This document shows, one piece after another, positions 26,600 through 38,647 of a DNA stretch of 64,000 nucleotides. This stretch comes from Squalus acanthias (lineage: Eukaryota): NCBI GenBank assembly GCA_030390025.1, contig CM059432.1, positions 53,446,001 through 53,510,000 of the forward strand, read 5' to 3'. The notes beneath the pieces are model-generated. The model saw only the letters and a list, made by a program, of their open reading frames with translations, did not search any database and was not told where the DNA came from. A program made the translations under genes and the position numbers. Within the stretch, counting starts at the first letter, position 1. Each line of letters starts with the position of its first letter.

Positions 26600-27864
26600 A
26601 TTGGGCAGGCTAAGCAAATTTGGCCAAGATGAGTGCGTCCCTTATATCCTTGATCCTTGGAGAAGTCAATGTGCTCGCGTGCTACTGCCGCTGGTTGATG
26701 CGCCTCCGCAAGCTGTTCGTTGTCGCTCTCCTCCTCCTCCTCCTCCTCATCTGAGGAGGCTATGCGATGAGCCACTTGTACCTCAGGCATCTGCAAGCCA
26801 TGATGCTGTGCCATTTTGTGAAGTGCACAGCAGACCACGACGATTCTGGAGACCTTGGCTGCTGAGTACTGCAGGGCTCCACCTGATCTATCAAGGCATC
26901 TGAATCGCATCTTCAGCAAGCCGATGGTTTATTCGATTATGGGTCTTTTGGAAATGTGGCTGGCGTTGTAGCGCTCCTCAGCTTCGTTGGATGGGCTCCT
27001 CAACGGCGTCATTAGCCACGTCTTCAGGGGCTAGCCCTTGTCTCCAAGTAGCCATCCGAAAAGCTGGTCTGGCAGACTGAAGAGCGGAGGCACACTAGAC
27101 TGCCGCAGGATGAAGGAGTCATGGCAACTGCCAGGGTACTTGGCGCAAACATGCAAAATTTCCTTCTTGTGGTCGCACACCAGCTGCACGTTGAGGGAGT
27201 GGAAGCCCTTGCGGTTGACAAAAATACCTGGATTGTGATGGGGTGCCTTAAGGGCCACATGTGTGCAGTCAATGATGCCCTGAACCCTTGGAAAGCCTGC
27301 CAGATTAGCAAATCCAATCGCACGTGCGGTTACACTTGCTTGATCCTTGGAGAAGTTAATGTAATTGTGCGCGATGGCAAAGAGGGCATCGGTTACCTGC
27401 GTGATACAAGTGTGTGCGGCCACCTGGGAGTCGCTGCTGATGTCTGCTGTTGTTCCCTGGGATGAGCCTGAAGCAAAAAAGTTGAGTGCGGTGGTGACTT
27501 TGACGGCCACTAGTAAGGGGTGTCCACCCGCTCCTCTGGGCTCCAGGTCTTGCTGCAGCATTGCGCAGATGTCAGCCATTACCTCTCGCGAAAGTCTGAG
27601 CCTCCTTTGGCACTGCTGCTCAGTCATGTTGAGATAGCTCATCCTCTGTTTGTAAAGCCTGTTTTGGGGGTATCTCCTGCGGCGACGTGCTTCCATGTGC
27701 TGGCACCTTCTGGCCTATGCAGCTTCAGGTGGGTGAGCAGCAGCTTGGCGCTCCTATTGTTGCTCCTGCTGTTGGTGCTGCTGTTGTTAAGGGTTCTGCT
27801 GCTGCCGCGTCTGGTCTTCGTCCGAATCTGATGTCCAGGAGGAAAGGAAATAAATGGTTCCCAT
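26600..27864 (-). pseudogene. Harbinger transposase, disrupted
   Basis: [18 protein letters not shown] and LLGDKG followed by a stop; frameshifts present. Confidence 0.85.
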
Positions 27865-28505
27865 GCTTCTGGTATATGCCTCAGTTGAGGAAGCGCTCAG
27901 TCAATGTGGGGAGAGGGGTTTCCCAGGAGGTCACACTGGAGATGGGTCTCAGGCTCCAAACTTCCACAACAATGAGTAGGCCTGCTAAAAGTTCCCCCAG
28001 ACCTGAGACAACAAAGTTCTGCCACCTGCAAATGATGATTGCTGAAAACTCTTTTTTAATGGTGGAGCTGCAGCTGTTAGTAAGCAATGCACTTGTGAGG
28101 CCGCCAGGATTAACTGGCGTGTTCCAGAGGAGACGTTCAGCACGGGGGAAATGTGTTAAATTCAGAAAGGCCTCTCAAAATGGGATTATGGAGGCACTTA
28201 GCTGGTTGTTAAGGGCCTTAAGGGCCTATCTCGCCTCTTGGAGGCGGGATGGAAACGGGGTCTGAAACCCCGATTTTGGGAAAATTGCTCGGAGGCGGGC
28301 TGGAGGTGTGATCGGATCCGCCCACCATTTTTTGCGATTTTAACACCTCACACGCCTCCAAACCCGCCTCCTCAGGCCTGGCAAAATCAAGCCCATTAAC
28401 TCCCTGCACCACCAGCGCATCGTGACTGCAGTATGTACCATCTACAAGATGCACTGCAGCAACTTGCCAAGGTTCCTTCGGCAGCACCTCCCAAACCCGC
28501 GACCT

Positions 28506-28960
28506 ATCATAGAATCATAGAATGGTTACCGTACAGAAGAAGGCCATTATCCCAATCGATATTTGGGTAATTAAAGTCCCCCAGTATCACCACTCTATAG
28601 CTCTTACATATCTCTGCGATTTCCCTGCAGATTTGCTCCTCTACCTCCCTCTCACTATTTGGAGGCCTGTAGAGTACCTCCAATAGCGTGATCATACCCT
28701 TTTTGCTCCTTAACTCTAACCAAATGGATTCTGTCCTTGTCCCCTCAAGAACATCCTCCCTTTCCAACACTACAATGTCTTCCTTAATCAGCACTGCCAC
28801 TTCACCTCCCTTTTTCCCTATCTTTTCTGAACACCTTGTACCCTTGAATATTAAGTGCCCAGTCCTCACCGTTTTTAAGCCATGTTTCCAGTATTGCCAC
28901 AACATCATATTGCCACACGGCTAATTGTGCTTGTAGCTCACCAACCTTATTCACCACACT
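28506..28960 (-). mobile_element. CR1 endonuclease-region fragment
   Basis: ESIWLEL...YRPPNS...ILGDFNYPNIDW, with a CR1-like (ATTCTATG) tail. Confidence 0.8.
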
Positions 28961-31230
28961 TTCTTCTTAACATCTTTTCTCATGAAATGGAGGGTTATAT
29001 TTTCTGCTCATCCTCCGCTGATTTTTCAATAGATCTGGGGTGAGTGTGGGCAGACACTTGCTCAGAGGCACACTTTGCTATATCTCTGTTACCCACCCAG
29101 TGGGTGGAGCCGTGGCCTAAAATGAGGCCACCCACATATGCAAATTAAATGATAGAAATGTGACCTCTGCATTATTTCCCACCACTTCTTCTGATTGAAT
29201 GCTGAATGCTGAGGCCACAAGTTAGGTTCCAGCATCCAGCATTTAAAGATCAATGGAGGAGGCCTAGGAGGAATAATTGTCAAGAAGCCTGTGTTAGCAC
29301 TCTTAGAGCACAGCTGTGCACAAGCATCAGCAGCATCATGAAATATTTTGGGACAAAAATGTTTATTTAGGCACTTTGGTCGCCGTCTTCTTCCTCCCAC
29401 CATGATAGGCCCTCCAAGGTCTACTGCAGCAAGTCTCCACCCCATTCAGAGTTTTGGGTGAACATCCTGCCCCACTGGAGATGCTTCCAATTGAAAAAAC
29501 CCAGACTGGAATCTTTTATTTTATATACCTTAAACTTCACATTAAGGAATGTCGCTTCTGGTGACTTAACTAACCAAAGATCATTGTAGTGACCTACACC
29601 TCTTTCTAAGGTGTCACTCAACCATATTTGCATGCTTTTTAAAGTTTAATTGTCTGTAACATTTTTAGCAATATAGCTTTTTATACTGATGACGAGTAAT
29701 GTTAGACTCCTTACACAATTCGAAAAATTATTTGCAGCCCCCGAATTATTTGGTCGAGAATTCTTATCCAAGGCCCAAGTCTAATTGATCCAAAAGAGAA
29801 TTCTCCTTTGCATTCGTATCACCTACATATGGGTTCAATGAAGTCCATTTTAATTGATCACATAAAGTATGTAGTGAACCACCACATTGTCTAAATACCT
29901 GCCATTTTGTAGGTCACTGAAATTCCCATAAAGGAATGAATTAATTCCTTTTCAATCACAGCTACCCTACACTTTCATTGGCATTGACTCATCCCTCCCT
30001 CAGCAAGGCTGAGTTGTGGAGTTTGTGAGAGGGTCTCGTTGAATAGGTTTCCAAGAAGGAGGTGGAGACCGTTTGAGAGGCCATACATCACACCCTGTGA
30101 CTGGCACATGTCCCACAAATGCTTAAATCGAAATGTTTGTAGTGGAAAGGACCAGGTGTCACCCTAGTGCTGCGATGCCCCTTCTTGTTGTGATCATTAA
30201 AAGCTGTGCTACTCTGTGTATCTCAGGCAGATCTCGCATCCCTGGACAGGTCAGATAGATGAGGGAGTGGATTTGCGGGGACTTCAATGCTGATAATAGG
30301 CCTTTATAATATCCCATTGTAGCTCTTTAATGTGTATTTTTAATATCATTTTCTTTGCAAATTATCCTTCATCATCAGTCCACCTCATCAAGCCAGTTCT
30401 GCCGCTGAGAGCACAGGAGCTGCTGAGAGCACAGGAGATTGATCTGCTCCCTGACTGCCATCAGTGCTCTTTGCAGCCAGCTACCAAGAAACACTGCAGA
30501 ACCTAAGGCAGGGCTCTCTTTGCTGAATGATGCTGAAGGGATACATCAGAATCCCAGCTGTTCAGTGGAGGGGGCATGGACAGAGTTCTGGTGGTTTAAT
30601 GAGAGAAAAGTGTGCTTGTATTTCTTGGTAGTCTATTGGTGGTTTTCTGTCCAATCACTGGTGCTCTACTGGCAGTATAATCTTAGCATTCAGCTGATTC
30701 CAAAATTTGTACCTTTAAAAGTCATGGACAAGGTAGAAAGACAAATAAATCCAAATCACTTCCACAATAGCTAAAAGTGATGCATTTTATTAGTATGACT
30801 GCACAGCCTAATCTAGTTTGCAGTGATAAATTGTGATAAAAAAAATGAACAAGTTTGACCAGCACCTTGTGAATGGAAGTGAAAATCCTACAATATGATT
30901 TTTACCATGCACTTGATTTGATTTGGATTAAGATCCTAAATCAATTTGACCGAGTGAGTTGAATTTCCATGCCAATTTTTAAACATCAGCTCACACTGTC
31001 TACAAGTTACTCCATCAATCTGGAATGTCAATTAATCTGACGTGCAGTTTGAAAAATACATGGAAGCATAAAAATATTTCTTCATCTACAGTGTTCCCCA
31101 AAAAAATGTCAAGCTGTCCATTTGGCAGCTGAAATGTCCGTTCATTATTTTTTGATTCAAAACATTAACACTGCGGTAAGTTTCCTCTGCAAGCTATATG
31201 TTATAAAAATCATACAGTTCAGAGTCAATT

Positions 31231-31996
31231 GGGCCAGAAATTCGGCACTTGCCGGGTGAGTACACAACGTGTACTCACCCGTAAGGCCACCTGAAGTGCC
31301 GGTTTCCTGCATGCATTGCGCATGCGCGGGAAACCGGAACTTCCGGTCTCGTGAAGGGAGGGGTTCAGAGGTGAACCGCGTGCGCGGGAGAGGCTGCGCG
31401 CACGCAGCGAACTTCGTTTTTTTTTCAGGTTTCTCCGGGAAGGTAAGTATTGAAGAAGCTGCGCTTTTAAAAAGGAGGCGCAAGACCCGTTTTTAACAAG
31501 GTAAGTAGTTAATTAATTACAATTTAAAACATTTTTCAACAGCTTTATCTTTTTTAGATACTTTAAAGAAAGGTAAGTTTATTTTTAGCACTGTTAAAAA
31601 GTATTTTAATTTTTTCAAAAATTTAAATTTTTGTTTAAAGTAGTTAATTTATTTAACTTATAGTTATTTTAAAAATGTGATGGTTTTTTAAAAAATTTAT
31701 TTGAAGTTTAGGTGTTGTTTTGGGGCTGATTTCAATTCATAGATTTGACAGGTCTTCCTGTCAAATCTATGAATGAAAGATGGTCTGCTGCCATTGGCTC
31801 TCCATGGCCCACGTGATCCCAGGGGACGCATCGCACTAACTACGCCCCTGGGACACGCAAGCACTGCGCGCCGGCAGTTGGGGGAGGCCCAGGAGCTGAA
31901 GTCCCCGTGGGCCCAGAGGTCAACGGCAGGCGCGGTAGGTAGGTGCGCGCGCGATCCTTGCACCCGCGGGAAGCCAGGGAGCCGAATTTCTGGCCC
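31231..31996 (+). mobile_element. ~770-bp MITE family, copy 2
   Basis: Perfect TIR GGGCCAGAAATTCGGC / GCCGAATTTCTGGCCC. Confidence 0.85.
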
Positions 31997-32199
31997 AATG
32001 TTGAGGACTCCCAGGGCCACTCCCAGACAACTTTATATTATGTGCCCCCACCTCTAGTGGGTCTATCCTGCTGGTGGGACAGAGCAGCATCAGACATACC
32101 TTAGAATGAGGCACCCACCTGGTGAAGCTACCTGCATGCTAAACACTAAAACAGAAGATAATAAACAGAAGTAAACAGTTCCACAACCAATGAATCAGA

Positions 32200-33180
32200 A
32201 TGAAGCTCTGTGGCCCTACTACATTTCGTCCCCTAGCCAATGTGTTCCAGTACAGCTATGACACTGGCATGAATTGACAATGTGGAAGATTGCCCATGTA
32301 TACCCTAACCACAAAAAATAGGATAAATCTAACCCAGCCAATTACAGCCCCATCAGTCTCCTCCCAGTCATCAGTTAAGTGATGGAAGGAGTCATTAATA
32401 GTGTCATCAATTGACAATCCATTCACCTATAACCTTCTCACAATGCTCAGGTCAGGTTCCATCAGAACCACTCAGCTCCAGATGTCATCACAGCCTTGAT
32501 CCAGACATAGACACAAGAACTGTATGCCAGTGGAGAGATAAAAGTAGCTGTCGTAACCATCAAGTCAGCATTCAACCTAGTATAGCACCAAGGAACCCTC
32601 GCAAAGCTGATGTTAATGGGGGTCAAAGGGAAATCCATCCAGTGGCTGGAGTCATACCTGACACAAATGAAGATGATTGTGGTTGCTGGAGGCTCAACCA
32701 TTCATCAATGACCTTTCCTCCATCATAAGGTCTGATTGGGGCTGTTTGCTGACAATTCCACAGTGGTCAGCTCCATTCACAACTCCTCTGATAATGAAGC
32801 ATGCCAGCTTACAACAGGACCTGGATCGCATTCAGATTTGGGCTGACAAGTGGCAGGTAGGTAACATTTGCACCACATAAATGTTAGGAAATGATCATCT
32901 TGAACAAGAGAAAGCCCCAGATATTTCCTCTTGATGTTCAGTGGCACCAACTTTTCCGAGTCCCAAACTGTCACCATCCTGACCAGAAGCTGAACTGGAC
33001 CAGCCATATCAACACCATGACTAAAAGAGCAGGACAGAAGCTGGGTACTCTGCAGTGAGTGGCTCATTTACTGACCCCTCAACGCCTTTCCATCATCTAC
33101 TAGACTCAAATCAGGAGTGTGATCGAACTCTCACCACTCACCTGGATGAGTGCAGCTGCAACAACACTCAAGAAGCTGCA
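32200..33180 (+). mobile_element. Highly degenerate CR1-clade LINE fragment
   Basis: Collinear with 23360-24390 (NPANYSPISLL, IWADKWQV). Confidence 0.7.
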
Positions 33181-33577
33181 GGTGCACCCAACATTGCATC
33201 ATTTTTATTACAGGGAAAAAAACAAAAGTACACAAAAGCGCAGATTGAAGCAGTGGTCGAGTTAGAAGTTAGTAAAGGGGCTATGAATGCAGAAGGCATG
33301 ATATTGAAGTGCCAAGCTTCCTGGCCCTGCACCCCAGGAAAGCCAATAGAAGGAACACAGTGAACCGGATATACGGGCTCGGGTTCCTTTCCAACATGTT
33401 TCCCAGAAATTTCCTGCTGTAAATGCTGAGGGCCCACATAGTGCTACATCTAATGGAAGTATACTACTGGAATCAGGAGTTTTCATCATGTGTATGACAT
33501 CACAGGAAGCTGTGACATGACTTGTGGCAGCGTTGCCAGACACAGATATTGAGCTCCATAGAAAGGGAGCACCACGA

Positions 33578-33875
33578 ACAACAACAACAACAACTTGTAT
33601 TTATACAGCACCTTTAATGTTGTAAAACGTCCCAAGGCGCTGCACAGGAGTGTTATAAGACAAAAAATTTTACACCGAGCCACACAAGGAGAAATTAGGG
33701 TAGGTGACCAAAAGCTTGGTCAAAGAGGTAGGTTTTAAGGAGCGTCTTAAAGGAGGAAAGAGAGGTAGTGAGGCGGAGAGGTTTAGGCAGGGAATTCCAG
33801 AGCTTAGGGCCGAGGCAACAGAAGGCACGGCCACCAATGGTTGAGCGATTATAATCAGGGATGCTCAAGAGGGCA
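33578..33875 (-). mobile_element. L2 LINE 3' end, target of the provirus
   Basis: (CAA)n tail on the + strand. The sequence continues seamlessly at 46699 (ATGCTCAAGAGGGCA|GAATTAGAGG). Confidence 0.8.
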
Positions 33876-35583
33876 TGTAAGGGATTCCCCTGACCCTGCG
33901 TGTCTCGTAGCCTGTGAGATTCACGCGGCTCTGTGCAGCCTGTATGTCAGTGCGGGTCTAGGCCTGGTTGCCTGTTCTGGTCTCCAGCCAGTCTGGGAAC
34001 ACTAGACACACCTGTGAGTGGTTCGAATCACTCTCCCTTACGGTTCTAGACACTGGACTTAGATGCGAGAGCAGTAATGGAGATAAAACTCATGTAGACT
34101 TGGTTTGAATGGTACGAAATGGAAAATCTTTATTGCATGATACTTAAAATTATGAAATACATGTCATAAGCACAGATTAATGACAGTACAATCTTACAAA
34201 CGGTTATATAATCGATCTTAGGGAAACGAGGAACGAACGGCACAACGTAAATAGGGGCACACATTACAAATATCCTTAATCTTTAAACCCTCCCCTATCA
34301 ATATCTATCCTAAACTAGCTTCGTAGGATCTCGAGACTCATGCTCACCACTCGTGATAACTCGGAGAAATTCCGAATAGCTGATCGGATGTTTTTCACCG
34401 CAGCACCCACGTGTCGGTCAGGAGATCTCCTGGTCCCACTTGTTTACTTGCTTCTGCTGCTCCGGCTAGTAGGCTGGACCGTCTGCTGTGGTGAAGACCT
34501 CTGTTGGTGGGTTTCACAGTTTAGTCTTGGAGCACCGTTGTCAATATCATTGATACGATGTGTTTTCCACGTTCCAACCTCCTTAGAAGTTTAAAGAGGA
34601 AAACTTCCTGGCGAGAAAACTTGGCTGATCGACCTACAGGCGCGGTCGGGATTTACTGACCGTGGCGATGGATATGGTCTTCTTCTCTTCTCCTCTCATC
34701 TCATCTCATCTCGGGCCTTTGGTTCCGCTGCCAGTTACCAACATAGGTCTTCGTTACGCGACACGAGGTAGATCCGTACGGATCAGAAAGTTCAACAGTC
34801 TTTTCAGAAGAGGCAACAGGCACGCAGAAACCCAACTACGAGTACACAGGAGCAGCCACGAGGTTACGAATCGACCAGATAAAACACAGGAGCAAGCGAG
34901 CGAACGCAGGAGCACGAACAAGAGCACGAGGCCAGAGGCAAGAGACAAGAGAGCGAATGGACGGTTCGGGGCCTGCAATTATAGTGCAAAAATCTTCCGT
35001 TTCCCGCCCAACTATAATGTCCATTCTTTTGTTTAGGGTTTGGCGCCCAAATGTCTTGTATGGGTGATCTCCGTTCTTAATGGGTTTCGGGCTACTCATG
35101 AATGTTTGAGTACCTGTTAATACTTCTCCCATTGTTAAATCGGTCGGTGTTCTCCCTGGAGGGGTTTGGGGCTTCCAAGTGTCCTGTATAACTACCTGCT
35201 AACGGCTCTCTCATCGTAGAGTCGTTGGGAGTTTACATATTAATGTCCTTTGGATGGGCCCTTGATTACTCGGTACAATGGCTTTCCTTTGTACCTGGGA
35301 GACCGATTCCAGTATCTATGTTTATACTGTAAACCCATAATGTCTCGTGTATTATCTTCACTGTGCTGAATCGTTATCGATCTTGCACAAATGTTTAATG
35401 GAACGCCATCTTGTCTGCCTGTTGAAAAGTCTAGAATGTTCTGTCACGAGGTGCGGCGGCCATTTTACAGGCTGCTTGTGTCCAATTTAAACCTGCCAGC
35501 ATTCTGCTGAAATAAAAGCTGTTTGAACGAAACTTTGTGTTTTCTCCTTATTAATCAAATCGCGATATATTGCGAATTCTACA
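33876..35583 (-). repeat. 3' LTR
   Basis: Direct repeat of 44987-46694 at offset 11111; three transitions found by eye. Confidence 0.97.
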
Positions 35584-35595
35584 GTCCCTCCTGTT
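35584..35595 (-). promoter_or_regulatory. Polypurine tract
   Basis: Minus strand AACAGGAGGGAC immediately before the 3' LTR TGTAG. Confidence 0.7.
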
Positions 35596-36009
35596 GATGC
35601 GAATAACTCCGCTTATCGTATCAAAAATCACAGTGGTGAGCAATCTTATCTCGATTTCACTCCGAATCCAGTAAATTAATCCCATAAATTTTAACTTAAC
35701 TAGGGTCTCTGTGTCGTCCTTATTTCCCAAGAAAATCACATTTTATATCACCGTAGGCATCATTTGCCCTTAAACTTACACCACTTGTTTTCCTTCCCGG
35801 CGTAACCAGGCCGATACCTCACGCATCACCTGTATATTTGTCTTTTATTCAGGGAAAGGAAAAAAAAACAAAACCCAAAACCAAACAATCAACACCATCA
35901 CCAAAATAAACAAATCCCAACTCTTAAACATGTCGAGTTTCCAACGTATTTACAATGAGTACAAACTTCCGCGGCGCACGCGGCGAGCGGGAGTGACGCC
36001 ATTTTCCGA

Positions 36010-38361
36010 TTACACGGTGCTCTCATCGTGCACGCGCACGTAACGTTCTCGCCACTCTCCCGTGTTTTCATGCTTGGTGAGGCACTTGTCTCTTTTACAA
36101 TGTATGACCAATAGGTACACTACAATAAACACTTGACAGACGACTAAAATGTGGGAGGCTATTCTGATCCATGAAGGCACTTCAATATTGGTGAACAGAT
36201 TCCACCACGGTGGAACCACTATGTCCAAAATGTCTGTTCCTATCTCGACAGTTTTCTGCTCTAACGTATAAAAATGTTTCTGTGATACCGCGACGGCTTT
36301 CAGAAGTTTGGTTAAATGCTCAGGGAGAGGGGGAATGAGGTATCCAAAATGTGCGACAAATCGCTGCAAGTCGGTGAAATTCTCTTTTACTGTGAGATGA
36401 ACAGTGGATGGTTCAGGGATTGGGATAATTCGCTGTTGTGCTACTTGAACTTCAGCCCTGGGTTTAAAACAGAAACTGCTGTCACTCACCGGACACCGGC
36501 TACGGTTTCCATGCTGGTAGTGTTGCGCTGCAGTGGTAACACAATATGTTCCACCCCCGATGTATGCTACCTGCGGAGGCACATGATCTTGTGCCATTGC
36601 CTCCATGGTGCAATTCATGGACTTGGCGCCAGCCGTTCTGAACCCGCACTGTGGTGTTAAAAAGGCATTCAAGTGCTGGGGGCACAGTATTATGTGTGCT
36701 CCCCTGCCACGACAACCAGAGAGATCTGTACCTGTCATCGTTTGCTCCCAGCGGATGACGTAAGGTGGAACCGCTGCATAACGAATGTGGGCTCCCCCCT
36801 GAATGACACCGATGTTCTCTACCCGATACACCGGGGCGGGCTTTGCTGTGTTGCCCAAAACCGGCATGCGTAATACTATTCCCATAATAGTATGGTTTGA
36901 ACGTCCGCAGTCCACGGGGACTGGGTAAGCTTCTGAAGCTAGCCTGAGCTGGCACGGACTTAATGCGTTCTGAAAAGGGTGGAGCGCCCGTAGGTGTTTG
37001 TTACTTATCCAGGACGGAACCAAACCTTGTTTTAAATCCTCCAAATTACTGCGGCCCTCGCCCAGTAACCACGCCCCGTAAAGCACGCACACCTCGTTCT
37101 GCGCAGCTTGATCGGATGCATTCCGATCTTCCCTGATCAGGGCATTTACCGTACGCGCATGTTTCTCCAGCTCTGCTATAATTTCCTTTAAATGGAGAGT
37201 CATGGCTTGGTCCTCGTGTAGACCTGACCCTACCACTTTATTCTCATCTGTTAGAATGTCTTTTAACTGGGTTTTTAAACCATTAATCTGGGTCTGCAGC
37301 TCCACACTGTCTAGAGCGTTGACCACAGATGTCCCTGTGTTAAAAGCAGTGAACGCATCGTTCACCAAACCCCTTCTTTGCCTCCCTACTTGATCCAAAA
37401 CTTCCTGCGGTGTGGTGTACAAACTTGCCTTATCAATTTCTGCAAAATCAAACTCGTAAAATTGTCTGAACATCTTGGTCAACAGGACCTGATACAACTG
37501 TTCCGTCTTTTTGGGGCACCACTCTGGTAACCGTACCTCAGTGAGATTTAAAATCACCGAGGCCACCGCGTAATGTACCCCCTGAAATAGTATCTGGTCT
37601 GTGGGGACCAGTACCAAACCGTTCCCGGGTCCCTTACTAGTTTTAGGGCACCCTTCTTCCTCAGCTAGAACCACCGGAATCGTGGGCGGGGCTTTGCGTG
37701 GGCGCGTAATGAGTTCAGTGGCATTTACTGGGATCGGGGAGAATGGGGCTCCGCACCCCCTGGTGCTCGCATCCCACCTCATCCCCTGTCCGTTATCCTG
37801 CCACTGATTAATAAAAAATATGGAGATGCCTTTGGGGCAAACGTACTTTGACCCCCACATACATACATAAATCCCCTCATCCGGTTCCCACCATTTGTCC
37901 CAACAGACTTTCACTTGTCCGTCTGTCCCCGTAATTGTCCGATGGGTATTATTACCCAGTCGTTCCCACTCGACCGAAGAGTTTCTCATAGTTTTGCTCA
38001 GCTTTCGCAGCCACCACCATCGGCTCAATGGGACATCCCCACTACAGGTCAAACAAATCCGTTTGCCGACGGTGACGCTGATCCTGGGTGCGATGATCCG
38101 TACTTTGGGGCACATTAAAGAAGTCTCTTTGTAGGCGAACCCCGATGTGCTGGAATACTCCGTTGAGTTCGTTCCCAGCCATCCTGGCCACCTTCCCTTG
38201 TGGAAATAGGTGCTGGTCCCCTCTGCCTTCCGTCTTCCGGTCCCATCCACCGCGATGGGGGCCGTGTCCCCGGAACATCCGAACACCACGACATCCTTGG
38301 TGTGGCCTCGATAGGCCAATCCACATCCGATTGCCACGAGCAATACTAGAATTCGTTCCAT
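36010..38361 (-). CDS. env: Envelope glycoprotein (783 aa): signal peptide, Ig-like domain, furin site, fusion peptide/heptad repeat, Cys-rich F1-like ectodomain, TM
   Basis: MERILVLLVAIGCGLA signal; RQRR|GLVNDAFTAF cleavage site (37372-37383); heptad repeat; C-terminal TM ILVVCQVFIVVYLLVI; intact ORF. Confidence 0.9.
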   Translation of the reverse strand: MERILVLLVAIGCGLAYRGHTKDVVVFGCSGDTAPIAVDGTGRRKAEGTSTYFHKGRWPGWLGTNSTEYSSTSGFAYKETSLMCPKVRIIAPRISVTVGKRICLTCSGDVPLSRWWWLRKLSKTMRNSSVEWERLGNNTHRTITGTDGQVKVCWDKWWEPDEGIYVCMWGSKYVCPKGISIFFINQWQDNGQGMRWDASTRGCGAPFSPIPVNATELITRPRKAPPTIPVVLAEEEGCPKTSKGPGNGLVLVPTDQILFQGVHYAVASVILNLTEVRLPEWCPKKTEQLYQVLLTKMFRQFYEFDFAEIDKASLYTTPQEVLDQVGRQRRGLVNDAFTAFNTGTSVVNALDSVELQTQINGLKTQLKDILTDENKVVGSGLHEDQAMTLHLKEIIAELEKHARTVNALIREDRNASDQAAQNEVCVLYGAWLLGEGRSNLEDLKQGLVPSWISNKHLRALHPFQNALSPCQLRLASEAYPVPVDCGRSNHTIMGIVLRMPVLGNTAKPAPVYRVENIGVIQGGAHIRYAAVPPYVIRWEQTMTGTDLSGCRGRGAHIILCPQHLNAFLTPQCGFRTAGAKSMNCTMEAMAQDHVPPQVAYIGGGTYCVTTAAQHYQHGNRSRCPVSDSSFCFKPRAEVQVAQQRIIPIPEPSTVHLTVKENFTDLQRFVAHFGYLIPPLPEHLTKLLKAVAVSQKHFYTLEQKTVEIGTDILDIVVPPWWNLFTNIEVPSWIRIASHILVVCQVFIVVYLLVIHCKRDKCLTKHENTGEWRERYVRVHDESTV

Positions 38362-38374
38362 CCTTCCTTGGTTC

Positions 38375-38394
38375 CTGTGATCAGATAGAATGAG
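38375..38394 (-). promoter_or_regulatory. Putative env splice acceptor
   Basis: Minus strand CTCATTCTATCTGATCACAG|G, 13 nt upstream of the signal-peptide ATG. Confidence 0.6.
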
Positions 38395-38647
38395 GTAGCC
38401 AGCCTCGCAAAAGTCTCTGGCTTTTGTGAAGGGTGAGCGGGTCCCCTGACCTCGCCTCACGTAAACTTCAACGTTTGCTGAATAGACTTCCTCTAAACCT
38501 AGCCTTAAAACTCCCATCATTTTATCGTTTTCTGTTAAAAACACTACAAACTTAGCCTTATTAAAACTACAAACTTAACCTTGAACTATAAACTTAAAAC
38601 CTTAACCTAATAACTTTACAGTGCCGCCCGTTCTCAGGGCGGCCCCT

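Larger units (their letters stand above)
24392..28394. mobile_element. Harbinger transposon (same family as 56702-60919), left end deleted
   Basis: Spliced partner gene (+) and transposase (-); right terminus AAAATCAAGCCC. Confidence 0.85.

Noticed and set aside
34340..35132. ORFs of 74-124 aa inside the LTRs on both strands (duplicated at 45451-46243) as accessory genes
   Set aside because: No recognisable motifs and no counterpart in the older LTR; the duplication simply reflects the LTR repeat.
38362..38544. First 61 codons of the 844-aa env ORF
   Set aside because: The signal peptide begins at the Met at 38361, just after a candidate splice acceptor; the upstream part is probably intronic.
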